Source: an uncultured virus (IMG/VR IMGVR_UViG_3300020207_000005)
Taxonomy: Duplodnaviria; Heunggongvirae; Uroviricota; Caudoviricetes
Length of the DNA: 64,000 bases
IMG/VR virus record: IMGVR_UViG_3300020207_000005
Strand: one strand, 5' to 3'
How positions within the stretch are numbered: position 1 is the stretch's first letter; each line of letters begins with the position of its first letter. This document shows positions 27,339-38,237 of the stretch, one piece after another. A program made the position numbers and the translations under genes. The notes under the pieces are model-generated. The model saw nothing but the letters and a program-made list of their open reading frames with translations, was not told the origin of the DNA and made no database searches.

Positions 27339-27767
27339 TTACTCAGAGTCAGTTGGGTCTGTGTTGGCTAATTCGACAGTTTCACTTTCTGCTGGGACCG
27401 ATGCCACTAATGGGTCATCTTCTGGAGCCCAAGGCATAGGTGCATCTTGTACTGCATCTTGACCAATTTGGTAAAGAATACGTTCGTCGATATGTTCTTT
27501 ATAAGGTTGGTCGTTTTCAACTACTGCTTTAATCCAACTAAGAACGGTTTCTTCAGTCAAATCCTCAAAAGCAACAAATGAACCCGCAGGTGTGTTTGCT
27601 GCACTGAAAGGAGTTGCACCAGAAAAATGAGCTTTGTTACCATTCTCATCAGTTCCGTGGACTTCCCAATATGTTTGAACAACTGCACCTTCTAAAGAAG
27701 CGCCTTCACTATTCACAGTGTCAGTTTTTCTAACACCGGTGACTTTCCATTCGTATGTAAGTGCCAT
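27339..27767 (-). CDS. Small fibre-associated protein, possible tail-fibre assembly factor
   Basis: LTYEWKV...FVAFEDLTEETVLSWI...MPW; directly downstream of the long fibre. Confidence 0.75.
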   Translation of the reverse strand: MALTYEWKVTGVRKTDTVNSEGASLEGAVVQTYWEVHGTDENGNKAHFSGATPFSAANTPAGSFVAFEDLTEETVLSWIKAVVENDQPYKEHIDERILYQIGQDAVQDAPMPWAPEDDPLVASVPAESETVELANTDPTDSE

Positions 27768-27820
27768 TTTATTTTCTCCGTAATTTAAATTACTATATTA
27801 TTTATATTAATAACCAACTA

Positions 27821-27849
27821 ATTATATCACAAGTATCTTGTAATGTCAA
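27821..27849 (-). promoter_or_regulatory. Sigma70-type promoter, followed by a late promoter at 27799-27806
   Basis: Minus-strand TTGACA (27849-27844), 17-bp spacer, TATAAT (27826-27821). Confidence 0.8.
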
Positions 27850-27854
27850 CTAGT

Positions 27855-30800
27855 TTAGTTAAGTTTATCCATCAATGCAGAAACCATCTCTTTAAGTTCG
27901 CTGATTTCTTCTTTCTGGTTATTTATTAGTTCTTGTTGTTCCTTAACGGCTTCAATAAGAACTGCTGTTATATTTCCATAATCAACCGCAAGAGTACCTT
28001 CTTTATCTTCGGCATCTTGGTGAAGCATAACAACTTCAGGTAATACTGGTTCTACTTCCTGAGCTACTACACCAACTTTTCTTGTCTTCTCTTCATCTGA
28101 CTTCCAGTTGTAGTAAACACCACGTAAGTTTAGAACTTTATCAAGAGCACCATCAATTGTTTCTACATTCTCTTTTAATCTTTCATCAGAGTATGCAGTG
28201 ATGTTAGTACGTGCCCAGATAGAACCACCGAATGTCGCATCGTTATTTCCTAAGTTCCAATATACAGGCCAGTATCCAGCGTATGAAGACCAAGATGTAC
28301 TATCATTACCAGAACCTCTAAGAATATACAATAAGTTCGAGTTGTTGTGTATCATCGCTGAACGATGGTTTGTATCTCTAAAGTATAGTGTAGGTGAGCT
28401 ACCTCTTATGTAAGCAGCATTTCCAAATACTTCTATTGCATTAAACCTCGAAGTACTTGCTGGATTTACATAATAACCAGTATTATCTCTATCATAGATG
28501 AAGTTAACTTGTAGTGTACCATTAATGTAAGTTGTTCCACCAACGTACCAGTTAATATATGTACTACGTCCACCTTGACAATCTAAGTGAAGGTTACCGT
28601 TAGTTGTTGCAACCGATGCGTATGAACTTGTCCAGTGACCATTACCACCAACATATAAGTATCTACCCCAAGTTGGGTTAGGTCCGTGGAGTACACCACC
28701 TCTCATTCTCTGTGCTGAGTTTGATGTGCTGTTTAAGTCTAAGTAATATCCACCATCATTACTATCATAGAAGATTGCACCATATACTCTGTTATAGAAG
28801 TATGCGATTGCGTTTCCACCTTCTCTACCGATATATGCTACGTTTTGTGCATTGGTATAACCATTATCGTGAATACGTACGTAAGAGTTTCCGTTATTAT
28901 TATTCGAGTCAAGTCTTAAGTTAATGTCATTAAACGAGTTAAGTGACATCGAATCTGTGAACGAACCATTAATGTCTGTTGAAGCAAGACCGTGATAGTA
29001 GTAATAATCATAGTTAGCATTCCAGTCGAATGACATATAGGCCATACGCTTGAAGTATGAGCTGTATGTTCCGTATTGACCACCATAACCAGACCTTGAA
29101 TCTCTACCAAAGTGTGTTTGGTTGTTTCTGTTTTCATTGAATAATGAAGTACCAGCTGGATTAGCATAGTAACCAGTATTGCCTCTATCATAGTAAATAT
29201 TAGCTCTTGCATCATTCATATATGTGATGTTATAAATCTCAGTATATGAATTGCCTGGGTTAAGTCTTACACCCCAGTTTCCTGAACTGTTTAATAATCC
29301 AAAACCTGAACTATTATAGTAAAGATAACCACGACGACCTGTACTACTTCCTTGAGAACCGTTATAACGGTCATATATAATCAATCCACCTGAGCCACTT
29401 GCACCGTCTAGATGCCAATATGTTGACCCTGGGCTATAGAAGTGTCGACCTGTAGATTGGTTATATAAACCTTGGCCTGCGTTTCTATTTCTCCACCAAC
29501 CGTAGTTATAACCTTCATTGATGTCAATGACATTCATTCTCGATGTAGATGCAAAGTCTCCATAATATCCTGTGTTATTAGAATCATAATAACGACCAGC
29601 ATACATTGAACCACCGTTGGAACTGTTAACATCCAACATTGGAACAGTTTTCCAACTTGAGAATCCTGACCAAGTATTTCTAAATCTTAAGTTAGCAATT
29701 GGACCACCCGCTAACTGCCAACCATACCTTGCTGAACCATTAGTGTAGTGATATGCTTGAACACCAACCCAGTGAGATGTACCTGAAGGTTGGTTAGGTG
29801 GGTTTGACCATGAATCGAAGAAGCCTGAACCCCAGTCACCGACTGTGTTCATATTTACTCTACCCCAACCTTTGGAACCTGTCCAATAGTTTGAGTCACC
29901 TGTAATATTAGGTCTTCTACCGTAGTTACTTATTGCACCACTTCTTGTATGACCAGGCAATCCAATCATTGCTTGACCACGAGCAGTTAGACCTTGCCAG
30001 TTAGTATCGCCAGCAAAGTTTCCATAATAACCAGTGTTATCTAAATCATAGAATATTGGAGCACGGAAAGATTCACTTGAATAAACATATCCATAATAGA
30101 ATCTATGATATGAACCGTTATAGTAGTAGTTCCAACCACGAGAATTATCATGCATACCCCAGTTGTTACCCTCTGTGGACATCAGAGTCCATCGAGTACC
30201 TATACCATAACCACTCCAACCATTTCTACCAGTGTTGTAAGTTGCGATGTTTCCGTATGGGTTTCCTTCACCACCCGCTGAACGTATACCATAACCATAA
30301 TCCTGCCAATAAACACCAGTTCCACCTTGTGGTCTAAACCAGTCATTTGCATAAACAGATGAGAATTGTGAAGCACCGGCTGGATTGACATAGTAACCAG
30401 TATTATTCCTATCATACATAATAGGAGTATCAAATCTTGACGATACTAATACATGACCGTTACCACGAATAATCTGATTCCAAGAACCGCCGAATCCACC
30501 ATCACGGAAGATGAAGTCCTCTCCACCTGATGTAGCAAACTCAAAGTGAGAATCATTAGATTCAGTTGCACGAATATATCCGCGCAAGTTGCCTGAACTT
30601 GTATAGAAGTAAGCAGGAGCTCCGCCCAAGTGATTTGTTCTATTGACTGATACTTCATTCATTCTTGATGTTGAAGCAAAGTCTCCATAGTAAGCTGTGT
30701 TATTACTATCATAATAACGTGTTGCGTACATATCACCTGTATTAATGTTGGTGTTATATACCGCAGTTGTTCTCATTGTTGTTGTTACACCTTTCGAGTA

Positions 30801-33800
30801 ACTTGGCAACGAAGAGTTTGAAACACTTGTGACTAAGTTTCTATCATCACCATTTGCGTTTCTTACGTGAACGGCGAATGAGTTCCAATAAGATACTCTT
30901 GGCCACCAGAAACATAATACTCCACCATTTTCAAATGCGCGCATTGTGGTGAACCCGGCCTTACCAAAGTGTTGACCAGAATGGTTAATGATTGTATTAG
31001 CGTATAAGTAACCTTGAGCTATGAATGAGAATGGTGCATCACCTGAATATGATTTACCTGTTGCTTCTAATACATAAGAAGCACCGTTGGTTGCTGTCGC
31101 AGGAATACTTGTTCTTACAAGAGTACCATTAACAAAGTTAGAACCTGAATGATAATATGTTCTTACATAATTACTACGTAATCTTAAATCATATAAATCT
31201 GACCTGTCAGCAGGGTGTGTAAAGTAAGATGTGTTATCCCTATCAACGAAACGTCTAGCACGCATATCATTTTCTGCATATACGTTACGGTCATTTTGTA
31301 TCCAGAATATAGAAACGTTGTTACCACTTGACCAACCTTGACCAATACCATAGTGTGGGTTTGATTGGTTAGGTGAATAACCGAAGTGTAACGATGTTGC
31401 ATTTGTACCAGAAGTACCAATTACCCAATGCTTAAAGTTACCTGAAGAAGCATTAGCACTATCATAGGCAACAAATCTTAGAGTAGGACCGTGAGTACCG
31501 TTATTAATACGAGATGACATAATATTCAACTGAGGATATTGTCCTCTTAGAGTTATGTCTGGTCTTCTACTTTCTTGTAGAGTTGCATTAGTATTATTTG
31601 TTTCATCACCAAGTCTTACGGTTGCAGGTGTGCCACCAGTACTGTTATATCCTGCGGTTGGTACCATTTGAAGTACTTGGAATCTAGATGTTCCAAGCGG
31701 GTTTGCATAAAAGTTTGTATTATTACTATCGTAGAATATTGGAGCTCTTAATGAAGAACCGGCTTGTAAGTTATTATTAACATATACGTTACCGCCACCT
31801 AATGGGTCTGAACTATTATTGACTGACATGACCTGAGTTACCATGTTATAATCAGTATAGAAACGCATACCTTGGTAAGAAGCATTAGCACCAAACTTAA
31901 TACCGGTGTGGAAAGCAATTCTTAAATCAGGATAAGGGTTAGTCCAAGCACCGCCTTCGCGGTAGATAGCATAAGCATCACTTTGGTTAGCACTAAAGTA
32001 TAAACCAAATACGTCGTTTTGTGAAACATCATCAACGTGTGCAAAACGCTGAGCTCTCATTACATTTGTTACTGAAGTACCAGCTGGATTGACATAATAG
32101 TTAGTATTATCTCTATCGTAGAAAATACTTGCTCTAACATCATTTAAAATAGAAATACTGTTAGGGTCTAGGTAAAAGTTTGCATCATTACCATCATAGT
32201 AGATAGGTGCACGCATGTGTCTTGTTGCACGGAATACTTCAGACGCTACTTCAGCATTGTACTGAACTTGGTCACCCCAGAATTCAAATGTTGCACCTGT
32301 ACCGTCTGGGTTATTATCAGATACTCGTATCTCTGCATCAAACGACGAGTTAACAAATCCTAATCTATTACCTTGAAGTGTTAATGTATTAAAGTGTGAT
32401 TGAGATGCTGGATTTGCATAGTATGCAGTGTTATTACTATCATAGAAGATAGGTGAACGGAAACTGCTTGGTGAATAAACATAGTTATAGAAAGCTTGTA
32501 ATACGTCATTAGTATCATAAGCACCATAAGTACGCTTGAATCTGAATCTTATTGATTCATTACTATCATAATCGTCTTCTGATTGAAGGATTAAGTTACC
32601 TGTGTTTGTACCACCGGGTGATTCACCATAAATCTTCCAAGCATCATTGTCACCACGTTGTTGTCCAATATAATATGTTGGTTGTGTTGCAACCCCAGCA
32701 TAAGCTTGTCCTACAGTGTTTTGTTGTAAAGTAATACTCGCCATAAACGAGTTACTTGCTGGGTCTACAAAATATGAATTGTTATCTGTATCTACAAATC
32801 TTCTTGCAAACATTTCGTCTGCAGTAATATCTCCTGAGAATACTGTATCACCATCTTCATCTACATAGAATCTATCACCTTTACCATTAAAGTGAATAAT
32901 AAATGCAGATTTACCATTGACATTATCGTGGACTAACCAAGGATAGTTAGCATCAGCACCACTGTTTCTGAAACCAATTAAGTATCTGTTATTATGATAG
33001 ATTCCTAATGGATATGAAGTAGAACTTGTTAGGGCACCTTGGTTTCCTAATTCTAAAGTATTAAATCTTGAACGAGAAGCAAAGTCTCCAAAATATCCTG
33101 TGTTATCTAAATCATAATAAATTGGTGAGCGTGTTTGACCTCTTACTTCAATTTCACCGAAGTGATGTCTTGTATTCGTAACACTAGCACCAGTAACATT
33201 TCCAAGAGTTGCTCTTACTTGTTGACCAGTTAAGATTTCAATAGAATTTGCAGGTGTTGTTAATTGTCTAGCACTACCATCTTCTATTGTGATACCTGAT
33301 ATTGCAACCCAGTGCCATCTTACATAAGAATCCCAAGTGATGCCATCCATCTGCATCCAAATTCTGTTGTTGTTATCAACACGAACTTTTGGTACTGCAC
33401 TGTTAAGTGGACCAGTTGTATGATGGTCAATAGAAATAGATGAGTTGTTCCATGAACTGATTACAATTCTACCAATAACATTACCACTATAGTTTACATC
33501 GTCTTTAGCGTAATATTCTAAGAAACCTTTTGCACCACCATTATTTGTAACACCAACTGGAATCCAGTAATATTGTGTATTAGGTGTTTGTGATGTGCTA
33601 TAACTATATGTACCTTGTTGATACCAACGAGATTCTACTGGGTTATTTTGTTCATAACCACCTTGAGTAAATGTACCATTAACAATTAAGTTTTGAATGT
33701 TTGAAGTTGAATTAGGGTCTACGTAGAATGCCGTATTATTTAAGTCGTAGAATATTGGAGTACGTAATTGGTTATTTGCTCTAAAGTACCCGTTGTCTGT

Positions 33801-36800
33801 TCTTGCTTGTTCGCCGCCATTATACATTAATCTCATGTATGAGTTACGTTCAGCATACCAAATCCATTCGTTATCTACATCATTGTAAACACCGACTGTG
33901 TTTGAATTATCATGCATGAATACCATGCGGTCACCGATTGAGAATCCTTCCCAACCATTTCTTGCTGCTCCATCAATCGCAAATGAACCATAATCTCCAT
34001 TTGGTGACCTTAATGTAACTCCATCATTGAGAACAATGGTATCCATTCTTGAAGAACTATTTGGGTCTACATAAAAGTTTGTATTGTTACTATCATAGAA
34101 AATTGGAGCGCGGAATGAACCAGATGCCTGAACAAAAGAACCAGACCTTGGACCTCTCATTGCCCATTGACCAGTTGCGTTTCCGTCGTGTCCCCACAGT
34201 CCCCATTGACCGTTACTGATTTGACCTAAACCTGTCCAAGTGTTTCCATCAGCACCAACAATACTTGTAGAACCACCACGATATCCAAGTGACATACCAT
34301 AAGCGGACATTGAACCTGTTGTACTGTTATGTTCTGTGAAGAATATTCTTGATGAACCTTCACCTGAAGTATCAGCATTACCTTCAATAGATAACCATCT
34401 ACCTTTCTGAGCTTCAGCATTGTTTGCAGTACCATTGCCTGGTAAACCGAATGATACAGCACCATTAAATACACCAGAAATATTTCCTGGGTTACCAGTT
34501 GCGTTAGGGTCTAAGTAATATCTTGTATCATCTGAATCTATAAACTTAGATGCTGTAACTGTTTGGTTTGAAGTTAAAACAATTGGTCTATTAAACTGGA
34601 ATATGTTTGCACCAGAAGAACTTGAAAGAATTTCAAATCTTACTGAGTGGTCTGTTCCATCTGTTTCATCTTGCCAGTATTGAATGTATCCAATGCCGTC
34701 TGTAATATAATGCCTAAATCTTTGTGTTGAACCACGACCAACATTAAGTTCACCTGTTGTTTCTCCACTATATACATTTAATCTTCTGAATATTGAAGTT
34801 CCAGCAGGGTCAGCATAGAAAGCATTGTCGTTTGAATCATAGTATCTTGGAGCGTAAACATTAATAGAGAAATCAGCAGAGTCGTTATCAATGTTTAATC
34901 TTTGATTTCCATTTGTCCAAACTCTAAATGTGTCATTAGCAGCAAAACCGATATATGTATTTGTATCACCACGATGACGAATGTAATCATCAATGTCAAC
35001 AGTGTTTAATTGTGAATCACCATCTGGGTCTAGGTAGTAAGCTTGATTTTGTTGAGCATAGACTCTATTGAACCATGCATCACCGGTTGAGTAAATTGTT
35101 TTGTTATTTCTGACACGGAGATATGTACCATCTTGCATGTACCAACCGCCGCCCCAACCAAAGGCAAGTTCTTCATCTTTTAAGAATGATGCTGTACCAC
35201 GACCAAATATAATTCCGTCGTCATTCCCATTTAGATAAATTGAACCGCCGACATGAAGAACAGGATTACTTGGAGTTGTTGTAAGTGCTGTATTATCTCC
35301 ACCATCTGTGTATGTTGGTGAAGAACCAGCTTGAACCATAACATTTCCACTATCATCAGCAATTAATGTTTCGGTATAACCTGATGTCCAGAATCCCCAT
35401 GTACTTCCAGCATTATTTACGTTGTATAGATTACCAAAGCTATCACCACGTATTGAACCACCTGATGTACCATCATGATAGAAGTGAATATATCTTTGAC
35501 CGTTGTTTGTTGGGTTTGTCGTTGGGTCAATTCTGTTTAGATATAATAATGCGTATCCACCAGAATAATTACCTGATACTGTGATTGTTGGGTTTTGACC
35601 TGCAGCAATTGCACCGTGACCCGCAATTCCGATACCACCATTACCTGAGTTATCGTCCCAGTTAGCGTAATCAGAAATGTTTCCGATTCTTAAACCACCA
35701 GCAAACGTACCACTGACTGCAGTATCTGCTGGGTTTACGTAGTATGAATTACTTTGTCTATCAACGAACCTATCACCAATTACATCACCTTGAACAGTTA
35801 TTGGTTGATAGAATGTTGTATTCGCATCAGTAATATTAACTCTTTCAGCACCACCAGTTTGGAATGTAATACTATCATTAGCATCAAATCCCATGAAGGT
35901 ATTTGTATCACCACGATGTCTGATATAATCATTAATATCAATACGATTCATTTGTGATGTAGAAGCAAAGTCACCGTAATACGCAGTATCATTATTATCA
36001 TAATAGATAGGTGAACGCATTTGATTATTTGCTAACACATAAGTATTGTTAACTAATAATCTTTGAGAACCACCTGTTACGACTTGGAAAGAATCTGCAC
36101 CATTGAAATCTAAGTAAGTGTCTGTATCACCGTCATGAATAATTTGACCAACTAAACTAATATCATTTACACGAGATGTACTTGCAAAATCTCCATAATA
36201 AGTAGCATTACCACTGTCGTAATACCTTGCTGCATATAAATTAGGGAAGAAACCATCAACGGCACCAGTAATAAATGTACCATTGACTTCTAACCTTTGA
36301 GTACCACCTGTAAATATTTGATAGTTGTCATTAGCGTTAAATCCAAAATATGTGTCTGTATCACCATTGTGGAAGATGTAATCATCAATTCCTATGGTGT
36401 TCATTATTGAAGTACCCGCTGGGTCTACTTCATATGATGGGTCATCAGCATCTTGGAATTTTGAAACTTGTAATGTTCTTGTTGTTCTTACAATTGTGTT
36501 ATTAGCGAATAGTGCTTCGGTACCACCAGTGTATATTACAGCTTGGTCATTACCATTAAATCCAAAGTAAGTATTTGTGTCTCCTCTATGACGAACATAA
36601 TCATCGATATCGATGGTGTTCATCTGAGAATCACCAGCAAAATCTCCATAATAATTTCGGTCGTCTTTATCGTAATAAATTGGAGATTCAACTTCTGTGT
36701 TAAACGAACCTGAATCAGCAATAAGAGTTCCAACATTGAGATTATCAATATGAACTCCAGTATTATTTGCTGTTAATCTTGTGGTTCCGTCAGTATCTAA

Positions 36801-38183
36801 TTTAATAGTGTCTGTCGTGAAAGCAAGTCTTGTATCTTGGTTTCCATTATGAATTAAATTGTCGTCAATACCTACAGTTTGTAGAATAGATGTATCATTT
36901 GGATTTAAATAATAACCTGAATCATCAGCATCAATAAATTGAGTACCAGTAACTGTACCACCTGCAACAACGTTTGTCCCTGCGTTTACTGTAGTCCCGG
37001 CAGTTACCGAACCTGCGGTTGCTTCAATATTCCCCGCGGTTGAGGTAATATTATCGTCTGCGGTTATATGACGATTTGCTCTTATATCTCTATTGATGTA
37101 TAAATCATCATTAGAGTCTAAGCTCATTCCAAAACCTGCTGTCTGGTTTAGAATACCCCAAACACCAGCATTAACATATATTTGTCTATTATTACCAGAA
37201 ACATCATAGGTAATTGTAACTGCACCAGTACCATCACCAAAAATCGTTGAAGAGTTTGCAAATGTAATAACACCATTCGCTGTATCATCAACATCTGACC
37301 TTAAGAATTGAGCGCCTTCTAATCCATCAACAGTATCAGCATCAAACCCATTGCCTGGACCTTCATCAGCTGTTGTAATAATACGACCTAAATCATTACC
37401 TGCAGAATTTAATTTAAACCAATCATTTGTTTCGTCCCAAAGAACACCTGAATTTGCAGATGAACCTCTATTGACTTCCCAACCAGCATTTTGTGTTGGA
37501 GCACCAGAATGGTTTGCGTTGAGTGTGATAATATTATCAGATAAAAGAATTGTTTCTGTATCTACATAAGTTGTATTACCAGAAACTGTAAGGTCGCCGT
37601 CAATCTGAACATTTTGATTTACTGTTAAATCTTTTGTAAAGATATAATTTCCAGTACCTGTATCGTCAGCATCAGAACGTAAGAAGGATGCAGCTTCTAA
37701 ACCATCAACTGTGTCTGCATCAAAACCATTACCAGGACCCTCATCGGCCGTGGTAATAATTCTGTTTCCATCAATGTCTGTTGTTGATAAACCAGTAAAG
37801 TGGTTTCCTGTTGAATCAATATTTAAACGGTCACTACCATTATATTGAATAACAACACCAGGTGTACTATCATAGAAGATAATACCATTATTCTGTTGAG
37901 TGTTAACGATTGAGTAATCACCCGTGCCAATATTCTTAACTTGAAGAGCATCAGAATCACCACGGAATGTGGCTACGATTGTGGAAGAACCAGCACCTAA
38001 GAAGTTATGAACATCGAGAGTAGCAGACGAAGCAGTGTTGCTAGATATACTAGCTTCACCGGATAAATTTGTTGTTCCTGTGACCTGAAGTTGGTCCACA
38101 CCATTATCAGTCGTTGTACCAATAACAGCGTTTTCAGGAGTCAAGAGACCATTCTTGACTATAAATTTTTTGTCGTTTGCCAT
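27855..38183 (-). CDS. Giant modular long tail fibre with C-terminal peptidase S74 intramolecular chaperone
   Basis: ~3440 aa; likely start MANDKKFIVKNGL at 38183 after GGGGAGAG; ~25 copies of a YD.NNT.YY.(D/N)(P/F)A.TS linker; ends YSDERLKENV...VGVVAQEVE..LPEVV...LIEAVKEQ. Confidence 0.9.
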   Translation of the reverse strand: MANDKKFIVKNGLLTPENAVIGTTTDNGVDQLQVTGTTNLSGEASISSNTASSATLDVHNFLGAGSSTIVATFRGDSDALQVKNIGTGDYSIVNTQQNNGIIFYDSTPGVVIQYNGSDRLNIDSTGNHFTGLSTTDIDGNRIITTADEGPGNGFDADTVDGLEAASFLRSDADDTGTGNYIFTKDLTVNQNVQIDGDLTVSGNTTYVDTETILLSDNIITLNANHSGAPTQNAGWEVNRGSSANSGVLWDETNDWFKLNSAGNDLGRIITTADEGPGNGFDADTVDGLEGAQFLRSDVDDTANGVITFANSSTIFGDGTGAVTITYDVSGNNRQIYVNAGVWGILNQTAGFGMSLDSNDDLYINRDIRANRHITADDNITSTAGNIEATAGSVTAGTTVNAGTNVVAGGTVTGTQFIDADDSGYYLNPNDTSILQTVGIDDNLIHNGNQDTRLAFTTDTIKLDTDGTTRLTANNTGVHIDNLNVGTLIADSGSFNTEVESPIYYDKDDRNYYGDFAGDSQMNTIDIDDYVRHRGDTNTYFGFNGNDQAVIYTGGTEALFANNTIVRTTRTLQVSKFQDADDPSYEVDPAGTSIMNTIGIDDYIFHNGDTDTYFGFNANDNYQIFTGGTQRLEVNGTFITGAVDGFFPNLYAARYYDSGNATYYGDFASTSRVNDISLVGQIIHDGDTDTYLDFNGADSFQVVTGGSQRLLVNNTYVLANNQMRSPIYYDNNDTAYYGDFASTSQMNRIDINDYIRHRGDTNTFMGFDANDSITFQTGGAERVNITDANTTFYQPITVQGDVIGDRFVDRQSNSYYVNPADTAVSGTFAGGLRIGNISDYANWDDNSGNGGIGIAGHGAIAAGQNPTITVSGNYSGGYALLYLNRIDPTTNPTNNGQRYIHFYHDGTSGGSIRGDSFGNLYNVNNAGSTWGFWTSGYTETLIADDSGNVMVQAGSSPTYTDGGDNTALTTTPSNPVLHVGGSIYLNGNDDGIIFGRGTASFLKDEELAFGWGGGWYMQDGTYLRVRNNKTIYSTGDAWFNRVYAQQNQAYYLDPDGDSQLNTVDIDDYIRHRGDTNTYIGFAANDTFRVWTNGNQRLNIDNDSADFSINVYAPRYYDSNDNAFYADPAGTSIFRRLNVYSGETTGELNVGRGSTQRFRHYITDGIGYIQYWQDETDGTDHSVRFEILSSSSGANIFQFNRPIVLTSNQTVTASKFIDSDDTRYYLDPNATGNPGNISGVFNGAVSFGLPGNGTANNAEAQKGRWLSIEGNADTSGEGSSRIFFTEHNSTTGSMSAYGMSLGYRGGSTSIVGADGNTWTGLGQISNGQWGLWGHDGNATGQWAMRGPRSGSFVQASGSFRAPIFYDSNNTNFYVDPNSSSRMDTIVLNDGVTLRSPNGDYGSFAIDGAARNGWEGFSIGDRMVFMHDNSNTVGVYNDVDNEWIWYAERNSYMRLMYNGGEQARTDNGYFRANNQLRTPIFYDLNNTAFYVDPNSTSNIQNLIVNGTFTQGGYEQNNPVESRWYQQGTYSYSTSQTPNTQYYWIPVGVTNNGGAKGFLEYYAKDDVNYSGNVIGRIVISSWNNSSISIDHHTTGPLNSAVPKVRVDNNNRIWMQMDGITWDSYVRWHWVAISGITIEDGSARQLTTPANSIEILTGQQVRATLGNVTGASVTNTRHHFGEIEVRGQTRSPIYYDLDNTGYFGDFASRSRFNTLELGNQGALTSSTSYPLGIYHNNRYLIGFRNSGADANYPWLVHDNVNGKSAFIIHFNGKGDRFYVDEDGDTVFSGDITADEMFARRFVDTDNNSYFVDPASNSFMASITLQQNTVGQAYAGVATQPTYYIGQQRGDNDAWKIYGESPGGTNTGNLILQSEDDYDSNESIRFRFKRTYGAYDTNDVLQAFYNYVYSPSSFRSPIFYDSNNTAYYANPASQSHFNTLTLQGNRLGFVNSSFDAEIRVSDNNPDGTGATFEFWGDQVQYNAEVASEVFRATRHMRAPIYYDGNDANFYLDPNSISILNDVRASIFYDRDNTNYYVNPAGTSVTNVMRAQRFAHVDDVSQNDVFGLYFSANQSDAYAIYREGGAWTNPYPDLRIAFHTGIKFGANASYQGMRFYTDYNMVTQVMSVNNSSDPLGGGNVYVNNNLQAGSSLRAPIFYDSNNTNFYANPLGTSRFQVLQMVPTAGYNSTGGTPATVRLGDETNNTNATLQESRRPDITLRGQYPQLNIMSSRINNGTHGPTLRFVAYDSANASSGNFKHWVIGTSGTNATSLHFGYSPNQSNPHYGIGQGWSSGNNVSIFWIQNDRNVYAENDMRARRFVDRDNTSYFTHPADRSDLYDLRLRSNYVRTYYHSGSNFVNGTLVRTSIPATATNGASYVLEATGKSYSGDAPFSFIAQGYLYANTIINHSGQHFGKAGFTTMRAFENGGVLCFWWPRVSYWNSFAVHVRNANGDDRNLVTSVSNSSLPSYSKGVTTTMRTTAVYNTNINTGDMYATRYYDSNNTAYYGDFASTSRMNEVSVNRTNHLGGAPAYFYTSSGNLRGYIRATESNDSHFEFATSGGEDFIFRDGGFGGSWNQIIRGNGHVLVSSRFDTPIMYDRNNTGYYVNPAGASQFSSVYANDWFRPQGGTGVYWQDYGYGIRSAGGEGNPYGNIATYNTGRNGWSGYGIGTRWTLMSTEGNNWGMHDNSRGWNYYYNGSYHRFYYGYVYSSESFRAPIFYDLDNTGYYGNFAGDTNWQGLTARGQAMIGLPGHTRSGAISNYGRRPNITGDSNYWTGSKGWGRVNMNTVGDWGSGFFDSWSNPPNQPSGTSHWVGVQAYHYTNGSARYGWQLAGGPIANLRFRNTWSGFSSWKTVPMLDVNSSNGGSMYAGRYYDSNNTGYYGDFASTSRMNVIDINEGYNYGWWRNRNAGQGLYNQSTGRHFYSPGSTYWHLDGASGSGGLIIYDRYNGSQGSSTGRRGYLYYNSSGFGLLNSSGNWGVRLNPGNSYTEIYNITYMNDARANIYYDRGNTGYYANPAGTSLFNENRNNQTHFGRDSRSGYGGQYGTYSSYFKRMAYMSFDWNANYDYYYYHGLASTDINGSFTDSMSLNSFNDINLRLDSNNNNGNSYVRIHDNGYTNAQNVAYIGREGGNAIAYFYNRVYGAIFYDSNDGGYYLDLNSTSNSAQRMRGGVLHGPNPTWGRYLYVGGNGHWTSSYASVATTNGNLHLDCQGGRSTYINWYVGGTTYINGTLQVNFIYDRDNTGYYVNPASTSRFNAIEVFGNAAYIRGSSPTLYFRDTNHRSAMIHNNSNLLYILRGSGNDSTSWSSYAGYWPVYWNLGNNDATFGGSIWARTNITAYSDERLKENVETIDGALDKVLNLRGVYYNWKSDEEKTRKVGVVAQEVEPVLPEVVMLHQDAEDKEGTLAVDYGNITAVLIEAVKEQQELINNQKEEISELKEMVSALMDKLN

Positions 38184-38237
38184 TCGGTTCACTCTCCCCA
38201 GTCAGGCGATTTTATATTGTAATTACTTTTCTATTTA

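Noticed and set aside
27855..38183. Diversity-generating retroelement or invertase shufflon acting on the fibre
   Set aside because: No reverse transcriptase or recombinase in the window, no adenine-specific TR/VR pair noticed, and no inverted cassettes.
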